A program made the position numbers and the translations under genes. The notes under the pieces were generated by a model, which had not been told where the DNA came from, did no database searches, and worked only from the letters and a program-made list of their open reading frames with translations. 64,000 nucleotides of DNA from Acidobacteriaceae bacterium. Lineage in GTDB: Bacteria > Acidobacteriota > Terriglobia > Terriglobales > Acidobacteriaceae. The number at the start of each line of letters is the position of its first letter. The first letter of the stretch is position 1. Positions 41,093-48,268 of this stretch are shown in pieces. The stretch covers positions 1,704 to 65,703 of the forward strand of contig DASUWP010000120.1 in NCBI GenBank assembly GCA_036378335.1, given 5' to 3'.

Positions 41093-41710
41093 ATGAAACT
41101 TGGCGAGAAAATCCGCTACCTCCGCGAAGTCGAGGGCTCACTCCGCGGCCTGGATCGCGCGATGACCCAGCAGGAGCTGGTGCGTGCCGTTCGGGAAGAG
41201 ATGGACACAGCCGTGAGTCAGTCCTATCTCTCTCAGATCGAGAGCGGCGCGCGTCCGCACCTGACCAACACCACTCGCCTGCTGCTAGCGCGCTTCTTCA
41301 AGGTGCATCCCGGCTATCTGGTCGATGACCCGGAGGGCTACCACGCCGAGTTGCTCTCGGAAGCGCGGACGCTGCACACGCACGTGAACGAGGACAAGCT
41401 CGACCTGTGGCTGATCTCCGGCGCCGAGCGCTTCCGACGCGATCCGGAGCTGCGCCGGGCACTGCTTGCAGCAGCTCAGCACGACGACACTCGCCGATGT
41501 CTGTTGCTGCTCGCAGCCATTCTCGAAACGCCCTCCCTTGCCGACCGGCTGCTCGAGGTATTGCGGCCGGAGCTCGCGCCGCGGCATAAGCATTCCACAG
41601 CGAAGAGCGGCACGGACAAGCGAAGCGCCGCCCGAAACGGCAGCCGCAATACGCACGACGGCAGCGTTGCTACGCGCGAAGGCAGCGCAACTATGAAAGA
41701 GAGGAGATGA
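41093..41710 (+). CDS. XRE-family helix-turn-helix regulator with a C-terminal domain of unknown function
   Basis: The HTH_XRE pattern reads LGEKIRYLREVEG...MTQQELVRAV...VSQSYLSQIESGARPHLTNTTRLLLARFFKV. The start was moved to the ATG at 41093. Confidence 0.8.
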   Translation: MKLGEKIRYLREVEGSLRGLDRAMTQQELVRAVREEMDTAVSQSYLSQIESGARPHLTNTTRLLLARFFKVHPGYLVDDPEGYHAELLSEARTLHTHVNEDKLDLWLISGAERFRRDPELRRALLAAAQHDDTRRCLLLLAAILETPSLADRLLEVLRPELAPRHKHSTAKSGTDKRSAARNGSRNTHDGSVATREGSATMKERR

Positions 41711-41713
41711 CCT

Positions 41714-42334
41714 ATGCACACGTTCCTGTTGAGTGCGGAGAACTGGTATCTCGTCTGTTTTGGCGTCGGCCTGGTGTTGAGCCTGCTCGCGTTCGCGGGC
41801 GGCTTCGGCCATCTGCAGCTGGGCCACTTCCACGGCGGCCACTTTCATCTCGGTCATGCGCACGCCGGCCATGTGCACGCCCCGCGCGCCGGCGGACACG
41901 ACAGTGGCCTTTCGCCCTTTAACGGGTTCACGCTGCTTGTCTTCCTATGTTGGTTTGGTGGAGCGGGATATCTGCTGAGCCGCTTCAGTCCGCTATGGGG
42001 CGCTGGAATATTCGCGCTGGCGGTCATCAGTGGCGTTGCCGGTGCGGCAATCATCTTCTGGTTTCTGGCGCGGGTGCTGCTTCCGCGTGAACGTGTCCTC
42101 ACGGCGGAGGACACGGAGATGACGGGCGTGCTCGCGCGTGTTTCGAGTCCCATACGCGAGGGCGGCACCGGAGAGATCGCCTACTCGCAGGGTGGCGCGC
42201 GGCGCGCAGCTGCGGCCCGCAGCGAGGCCGGCACTGCGATCGAGCGGGATATCGAGGTCGTCGTGCTGCGTTACGAGCGCGGCGTCGCCTATGTACAGCC
42301 ATGGTCGGAGCTGGAGGGCCCGCCCGCCACCTGA
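41714..42334 (+). CDS. NfeD-like membrane protein with a His/Gly-rich loop
   Basis: Has TM helices. The C-terminal OB-fold-like segment reads TGVLARVSSPIREGGTGEIAYSQGGARRAAAARSE...IEVVVLRYERGVAYVQPW. A GAGGAGA Shine-Dalgarno sequence is present. It starts 3 nt after the XRE stop. Confidence 0.75.
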   Translation: MHTFLLSAENWYLVCFGVGLVLSLLAFAGGFGHLQLGHFHGGHFHLGHAHAGHVHAPRAGGHDSGLSPFNGFTLLVFLCWFGGAGYLLSRFSPLWGAGIFALAVISGVAGAAIIFWFLARVLLPRERVLTAEDTEMTGVLARVSSPIREGGTGEIAYSQGGARRAAAARSEAGTAIERDIEVVVLRYERGVAYVQPWSELEGPPAT

Positions 42335-42439
42335 CGCTTTCTCACCGAACCCCGCGACCGCGCGCCGTCCACAGCCAGGGACGACACCGGCCATACGCAG
42401 TACGGCTGGCTTCACGCTGTTCGATTGTAAGGATCGGTT

Positions 42440-43858
42440 ATGCCAACCATTGTCACTGTCATCATCGGATTGGGAGTTGTCGTTCTTCTCATCATCATGA
42501 CGAGCATTGCGAAAATGTTTCGCAAGGCCGGACCCAACGAAGCCATCATCGTTTACGGATTCCGCGGTCCGCGCATCATCAAGGGCTCGGGCGCTGTCAT
42601 CTTCCCTGTCGTCGAGAGCTGCCGCCAGCTCTCGCTGGAGCTGATGTCCTTCGACGTCGCACCGCAGCAGGACCTCTACACCAAGCAGGGCGTCGCGGTC
42701 ACCGTCGAAGCGGTCGCGCAGATCAAGGTCCGTTCCGACCGCGAATCCATTCTCACCGCGGCCGAACAGTTTCTCACCAAAGCGCCGCCACAGCGCGAAG
42801 GGCTGATCCGTCTGGTGATGGAAGGTCATCTGCGCGGCATCATCGGCCAGCTCACTGTCGAACAGATCGTGAAGGAGCCGGAGATGGTGGGCGAGCGCAT
42901 GCGCGCCACCTGCGCCGAAGATATGAGCAAGATGGGCCTGGAGGTGATCTCGTTCACCATCAAAGAAGTCCGCGACAAGAACGAATACATCACCAATATG
43001 GGCCGGCCGGACATCGCGCGCATCAAGCGCGATGCCGATGTCGCCGCCGCCGAAGCGGAGCGCGACACCGCTATCCGTCGCGCCATCGCGCTGCGTGAGT
43101 CAGCGGTGGCAAAGGCTGCGGCAGACCAGGAGCGCGTGCTGGCCGAAACACAGTCGCTCGCCAAACAAGCCGAGGCGCAGCGCGATCTGGATATCCAGAA
43201 GGCGCAGTTCACGGAGCAGAGCCGCAAGCAGGAGGCGCAGGCAGACAAGGCTTACGAGATTCAGACCAACGTCATGCAGCAGCGCGTGATCGCTGAGCAG
43301 GTGAAGGTGCAGCAGATCGAGAAGGAGCAGCAGGTCAAGGTGCAGGAAGCAGAAATTCTGCGCCACGAGAAAGAGCTGATCGCGACCGTGCTGAAACAGG
43401 CGGAGATTGAGCGTCAGCGCATCGAGAATCTCGCTTCCGCAGAGAAGTCGCGCCTGATGATCGAAGCCGAAGGACGCGCATCCGCCATCCGCGCGCAGGG
43501 CGAAGCGGAAGCTGCCGTCATCTTCCAAAAGGGCGAGGCCGAAGCCAAGGCGATGAACGTGAAGGCCGAAGCCTATCAGGAATGGACGCAGGCCGCAGTC
43601 GTCGATCGCCTCATCTCCAGCATGCCGGAGGTGGTCCGCGCTATGTCCGAACCGCTCAGCAAGGTGGACAAGATCACCATCGTCTCCACCGGCAGTGACG
43701 GCCAGGTGGGCGCTAACAAACTGACAGGCGATCTGACGAAGATCGCCGCACAGGTGCCCGCGCTTTTCGAGGCGCTCTCCGGCATGGATATGCACGAGCT
43801 GATGGCGAACGTGAAGAGCATGCGCGCACGTCCCAATGGCACTGTAACCAACAGCTAA
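42440..43858 (+). CDS. SPFH/Band-7 flotillin-family protein (FloT/YqiK-like)
   Basis: An N-terminal TM helix, then an SPFH domain, then a long Ala/Glu/Gln-rich coiled coil (AEAERDTAIRRA...EAEAKAMNVKAEAYQEW). An AAGGA Shine-Dalgarno sequence is present. Confidence 0.9.
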   Translation: MPTIVTVIIGLGVVVLLIIMTSIAKMFRKAGPNEAIIVYGFRGPRIIKGSGAVIFPVVESCRQLSLELMSFDVAPQQDLYTKQGVAVTVEAVAQIKVRSDRESILTAAEQFLTKAPPQREGLIRLVMEGHLRGIIGQLTVEQIVKEPEMVGERMRATCAEDMSKMGLEVISFTIKEVRDKNEYITNMGRPDIARIKRDADVAAAEAERDTAIRRAIALRESAVAKAAADQERVLAETQSLAKQAEAQRDLDIQKAQFTEQSRKQEAQADKAYEIQTNVMQQRVIAEQVKVQQIEKEQQVKVQEAEILRHEKELIATVLKQAEIERQRIENLASAEKSRLMIEAEGRASAIRAQGEAEAAVIFQKGEAEAKAMNVKAEAYQEWTQAAVVDRLISSMPEVVRAMSEPLSKVDKITIVSTGSDGQVGANKLTGDLTKIAAQVPALFEALSGMDMHELMANVKSMRARPNGTVTNS

Positions 43859-43949
43859 CCCGAGCGGTGGCTCCGGCTTTGGCTGGGGGCCACCGCTTTA
43901 CCAGATGTCAGAAGTCGAATGCGGCATCGAACAGTAAAGGAGTCACGTC

Positions 43950-44657
43950 ATGGCACTGCTTGAAAGAGTCGCAACTCTACTCCGCGCCAACCTCAACGAC
44001 CTGATCGACCGCGCGGAAGACCCGCAGAAGATGCTGCGCCAGCTCATCCTCGATATGGAGAACCAGCTCTTGCAGGTAAAGACTCAAGTAGCGATCGCGC
44101 TTGCAGACCAGCACCTGCTCGAGAAAAAGCAGTCCGAGCACGAGGAGTCCGCCGGCAACTGGCAGCGTAAAGCGGCGCTCGCCGTGACGCGCCAGCAGGA
44201 TGATCTCGCGCGCGCCGCTTTGCGGCAGCAGATCAGCCATCAGCAGATGGCCGCAAGCTTCGCCCAGCAGCTCAACGATCAGCGGACCGAGACCGACACA
44301 CTGCGTACTGCGCTCAGCCGGCTCCAGCAGCGATTGCAGGAGACGCAGTCGCGCTGCGAGCTGCTCGCCGTCGAGCATCGCCGTGCCCGCGCGAGCCAGA
44401 AGCTCAACGGTTCTGCACCCCGGCCGTCTGCGACCATGGCGCGCGTCCGTGGCCGCATCGACCAGGCATCCGCCGCCGGCCGGGCACAGCAGGCAATGCT
44501 TGTCTCCGAGACAGGCACACATCTCGATAGGGGAGAGCTGGGTGAAGCGGAACTGGAAGAACGCTTCGCCGCAATGGAACGCGAGGACCAGATCGAAGAT
44601 CTGCTGCGCGAGCTAAAAGCGCAGCAGGAGCAGCACAGGCTGCCCAGCTCTGCATGA
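43950..44657 (+). CDS. pspA: PspA/IM30 family protein
   Basis: MALLERVATLLRANLNDLIDRAEDPQKMLRQLILDMENQL is the canonical PspA/IM30 N-terminus. It is coiled-coil throughout. An AAAGGAG Shine-Dalgarno sequence is present. Confidence 0.9.
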   Translation: MALLERVATLLRANLNDLIDRAEDPQKMLRQLILDMENQLLQVKTQVAIALADQHLLEKKQSEHEESAGNWQRKAALAVTRQQDDLARAALRQQISHQQMAASFAQQLNDQRTETDTLRTALSRLQQRLQETQSRCELLAVEHRRARASQKLNGSAPRPSATMARVRGRIDQASAAGRAQQAMLVSETGTHLDRGELGEAELEERFAAMEREDQIEDLLRELKAQQEQHRLPSSA

Positions 44658-44768
44658 AGTTCGGCATGATGTCTCACGCGATCGCCGCTGGAGATTTTGC
44701 CTCTATACTCGATCAGGTCGGTCCACTGACGCCCGCCGCGTTGGCAACCGGCCGATCGAAACTATTTC

Positions 44769-46397
44769 ATGAACTCGCCATCCGAAGTGCACTCACCGGC
44801 GTCCAGCCGTTCCGACTCACTGTCTGCCGGGGAAACTGACAGCTCCGAAATCAGCTCATGGACGGCGTGGCTGGCTCTGCTTATCATCGCGCTAGTCCGG
44901 ATTCCCTTCCTACTCGTTCATCCTCTGCAGGAGGACGCCTACATCACCTTTCGCGCCGCAAGGCATCTTGCGGAAAACGGCGACTTCTCCTTCAACCTGC
45001 ACCAGCACTTCCCCGGCACTACCAGCCTGCTCTACCCGCTCATTGTTGCCGCCATCGACTTGCTATTGCATCCTTTCATGATTCTGGGCGTGCAGATCTT
45101 CGGAACGCTCTGCATCGCGGCTGCTTCTTATCTCATAGCGGCCGCGCTTTGCAGCAACCAGCGCGAGCAGCCCGCGGTATGGCTGCTCACGGCTTGCTGG
45201 CCCATTTCGCTGGTGATGAGCTACAGCGGCATGGAGACCTCGCTGCTGGCACTTGTCCTTGCCGCCGCCCTTTTCGCGCTCGCGCGCGGCAGCCATTGGA
45301 CGCTGTTCGCCGTGAGCGTGCTGCTGTTACCGCTCGTTCGGCCCGATGCTGTCGCGTATGGATTACTCTTTTGTGCCGCCATGTTCTTCATCGACCGGCG
45401 CGCCGCCTTGCGCGGCACATTGTCGCTCGCCACTGGTTGCGGACTTTTTCTGCTGGGAACGCGCGTCACCACCGGCCAGTTTCTGCCCGCGACCGCGCGG
45501 GCTAAAGAAATTGCGTATCACCCCAGCCATTCACTCGCTGCGGTGGCCGCCCGCATACACGATCTCTTTCTCGGACAGTCCTTCCTGCTGCCGACTACCT
45601 CCACCTATCTGGTCAAGCTCAGCCCCATCGTGCTGATCGTTGTCGTTGCCGCATTTATTCTTGCTTTCCATTTCGCGCACTCGCGACGGGAACGCATCGT
45701 GCTCGGCACGCTCGCTGCTGCCACTATCGCCATTCCCCTCGCCTATGCCTATGGCGGTGTTGTCTTCGCCTGGTATCTCTTTCCCGCGAACTGGCTGGCC
45801 ATCGCCGTCACCTTCGCTGTTGCGGTTCGTATCGTCACGAAGCTCCGATTCCGCATGGCGGGAGCCGCGCTCCTCGCCCTCATTGGGATCGGGCTGATCT
45901 TCATGCAGTGGACTAAGGCATTCGTTGCTGCTACGGAGGACTACCATTACCGCGGTGATATAGGCCGCTATCTCGGCGCGGTCAGCCATGGTCAGGGAAC
46001 GCTGTTCCTTGAACCGGCAGGTTTGATCCCTTATTTCTCCGGCCTCCGCACGGACGACGAAGTCGGCCTCGTCTCCAGTCGTGTGACGGATTTTATGAAG
46101 CAGGATCCGGTCGCGTGGTGGTTCGACTACGTGGCCGGGGTGCAGCCTGACTACATCGTCCAGCGGCAAAGCTTCGACCATTACCGCACTTTCGAGAACT
46201 ACACCCTTACCCCGGACCAGCAGCGCTGGTTCGCCGCGCATTACCGGCTCATCCGGCGTGTCCATTACGTTCCTGCCACATATCACTCGTCACATCTATT
46301 GCAGCGGATTCTAGCCATGGGTCCACTGGAGAACTATCTCGTCTACGAGCGGCGCGACCTCCTCGGCGACCGGACTCCGGGCCCCCAGCTTCATTAA
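44769..46397 (+). CDS. Polytopic membrane protein, possibly a GT-C-type glycosyltransferase
   Basis: At least 10 hydrophobic helices. The first loop reads HPLQEDAYITFRAARHLAENGDFSFN, which resembles the acidic first-loop motif of GT-C enzymes. The soluble C-terminal domain is about 130 aa. Function is inferred from architecture only, and the start is uncertain. Confidence 0.65.
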   Translation: MNSPSEVHSPASSRSDSLSAGETDSSEISSWTAWLALLIIALVRIPFLLVHPLQEDAYITFRAARHLAENGDFSFNLHQHFPGTTSLLYPLIVAAIDLLLHPFMILGVQIFGTLCIAAASYLIAAALCSNQREQPAVWLLTACWPISLVMSYSGMETSLLALVLAAALFALARGSHWTLFAVSVLLLPLVRPDAVAYGLLFCAAMFFIDRRAALRGTLSLATGCGLFLLGTRVTTGQFLPATARAKEIAYHPSHSLAAVAARIHDLFLGQSFLLPTTSTYLVKLSPIVLIVVVAAFILAFHFAHSRRERIVLGTLAAATIAIPLAYAYGGVVFAWYLFPANWLAIAVTFAVAVRIVTKLRFRMAGAALLALIGIGLIFMQWTKAFVAATEDYHYRGDIGRYLGAVSHGQGTLFLEPAGLIPYFSGLRTDDEVGLVSSRVTDFMKQDPVAWWFDYVAGVQPDYIVQRQSFDHYRTFENYTLTPDQQRWFAAHYRLIRRVHYVPATYHSSHLLQRILAMGPLENYLVYERRDLLGDRTPGPQLH

Positions 46398-46461
46398 TGC
46401 CTGCACGACCTGCTCGCTCTATACTTTTCTTCAAGGACTGCGTAGAAAGGGATCTCCCGCC

Positions 46462-46974
46462 ATGCCCTTTGACCCCCGCGCCGTTGCCAATCGCCTGCTT
46501 GAGCTTGCTCGCGAGCGCCAGCTCACGCTTGATCCGATGAAGGTGCAGAAGCTGCTCTATTACGCGCACGGATGGCATCTGGCGCTCACTGGCCGCCCAC
46601 TGCTCGATCGTTCCGTCGAAGCATGGCAATATGGGCCGGTGCTGCCGGACGTTTACCGCGCCTTCCGGCAGTTTGGTGCGCAGCCGATCACGGAGCCGGC
46701 GCGCTACTTTGCGATTGATGGCGGAAAGCTTGGTCTGCGGCGCTATTCAATGCCCGCGAGCGACCCGGATGCCGATTACGCCGACCGCATCCTCCGTCGC
46801 ATTCTCGAGCAATACGGCAACTATTCCGCCATTCAGCTTTCCATGATGACGCACGCGGACGGCACGCCCTGGGCACAGGCCTGGAGCGAGAACTCCGGCA
46901 AGCGATACGTGCCCATTCCAGATACGGAGATTGCCGCCTGGTTCAAGTCCGTGCTCAAGCCGGTGGCCGCATGA
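46462..46974 (+). CDS. DUF4065 / Panacea (SocA-GepA-like) antitoxin-domain protein
   Basis: KVQKLLYYAHGWHLALTGRPLLDRSVEAWQYGPVLPDVYRAF matches the DUF4065 core pattern as I remember it. Its stop overlaps the next ATG. Confidence 0.75.
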   Translation: MPFDPRAVANRLLELARERQLTLDPMKVQKLLYYAHGWHLALTGRPLLDRSVEAWQYGPVLPDVYRAFRQFGAQPITEPARYFAIDGGKLGLRRYSMPASDPDADYADRILRRILEQYGNYSAIQLSMMTHADGTPWAQAWSENSGKRYVPIPDTEIAAWFKSVLKPVAA

Positions 46975-47342
46975 GTGCCACACCTCCTGGTCCCGACCCG
47001 GAGACCATCGCGGATACCAGCGCCTCAGCGCTCGCGCCGCGCGTTGCCGGTGTGGTCCGGTCGAGCGAGTTGGCCACCGAGGAGAACGATCAGTTCGACG
47101 ACGCCCGAAAGGCACAGTTTCTCGCCTTCCGTCGCTGGCTCGTCCCCAGCCTTTTTGCGCTCACGGTGGGATGGCTGGTCTTTGTCGGCTGCATCGTGCT
47201 TCGCGAAGAGCTGCAGCACGGCAGACTCTCGGATGCCGTCCTCATTGCGTTGCTGGGCACCGCAACCGCCAACGTGCTGGGGCTGCTTGTGATCGTGCTC
47301 AAATCCATCTTCCCCCTGGATGTCGATCGCGGGGATATCTAA
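46971..47342 (+). CDS. Uncharacterised 123-aa protein with two C-terminal TM helices (candidate toxin partner)
   Basis: ATGA overlap with the upstream gene. Polar, acidic N-terminal half. The TM helices are WLVPSLFALTVGWLVFVGCIVL and AVLIALLGTATANVLGLLVIVL. Confidence 0.55.
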   Translation: MSATPPGPDPETIADTSASALAPRVAGVVRSSELATEENDQFDDARKAQFLAFRRWLVPSLFALTVGWLVFVGCIVLREELQHGRLSDAVLIALLGTATANVLGLLVIVLKSIFPLDVDRGDI

Positions 47343-47423
47343 CGCGGCGATACAGCATTTGTGTTGTCTCCGTAACTGGATGCCGGTATCCTCGCGTCAT
47401 CCTCGCCTCGGGAAGGAACACTC

Positions 47424-47756
47424 ATGGATCCGAATAACATGGGTATCGATCCGCACCTTGCCTACTTTCTACCGTTCTTTGGGCTCTTCGCATTAATCGG
47501 CATCGCCATCTACATCATCCCGTTCTGGATGATATTCAAGAAGGCGGGCTTCACCCCGTGGCTGGCGCTCCTGCTCTTCATTCCGCTCGCAAATATCATC
47601 ATTCTTTACGTGCTGGCGTTCTCGCAGTGGAAGGTCGCTCCGGTGGCTCAACTCACCGGCTATCCTCCAACCGCATACCCGCCTGCGTATCCGCCCGCTG
47701 CCTACCCTCCTGCGGCGCCGCCTGCGAATCCAAACGACATTTACCCGCGAACCTGA
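47424..47756 (+). CDS. Small two-TM membrane protein with a YPP(A)-repeat tail
   Basis: The TM helices are FLPFFGLFALIGIAIYIIPFWMIF and WLALLLFIPLANIIILYVLAF. The tail reads GYPPTAYPPAYPPAAYPPAAPPANP. Confidence 0.55.
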   Translation: MDPNNMGIDPHLAYFLPFFGLFALIGIAIYIIPFWMIFKKAGFTPWLALLLFIPLANIIILYVLAFSQWKVAPVAQLTGYPPTAYPPAYPPAAYPPAAPPANPNDIYPRT

Positions 47757-47779
47757 TCCTGGTCGCAATCAAAGAGAGC

Positions 47780-48088
47780 TCAAGAGACGGCAATGCGCAA
47801 TGCCGTCTCGATGGCGTCCTTCATCTGCGGCAGAGCCTCATCGATCCAGGGCGCGCGACGCCCATCCTGTACGCTCGCCCAGATCCGCCGCTTCGTCTCC
47901 CACAACGTCAGCTCCAATGTGCCGGACTGGATACCGCGCTTCACATGCCAATGAATGCATCCCGGATAACTGCTCAGAGTTGCCCTGGTAGAGATCCGCA
48001 AGCCACATCCGATGCACGCCTTTTCAATGAGCGATGCGGCACCGCTCAGGCTGTAACCTTGCGGAACAGCGAAGTCGATCTCCGTCAT
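47780..48088 (-). CDS. Hypothetical 102-aa soluble protein
   Basis: A clean ORF filling the gap. It contains CIGCG...PGCIHWHVK...GTLELTLW. I recognise no family. Confidence 0.45.
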   Translation of the reverse strand: MTEIDFAVPQGYSLSGAASLIEKACIGCGLRISTRATLSSYPGCIHWHVKRGIQSGTLELTLWETKRRIWASVQDGRRAPWIDEALPQMKDAIETALRIAVS

Positions 48089-48268
48089 GGCATCCCTCCA
48101 TCGGATTGCGGCCGCACCAGCACTGCAGAATGTTCTAGCATTTCAGCATCGGTGCAGGCTCATTGCACCACATTGGCGTGGCTTTTCTGCCAGAAGACAC
48201 CCCACTCCACAAAGTCTGCCTGATACACAGCAACGGTGAAAATGCTCTAGCATCAATTCAGATCGTTT

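Noticed and set aside
44654-44839. A 61-codon ORF whose ATG overlaps the pspA stop (ATGA)
   Set aside because: It has lower third-position GC than its neighbours and no motif. It overlaps the likely start region of the 542-aa membrane protein in another frame. It cannot be excluded as a coupled small protein, but the evidence is too weak to call.
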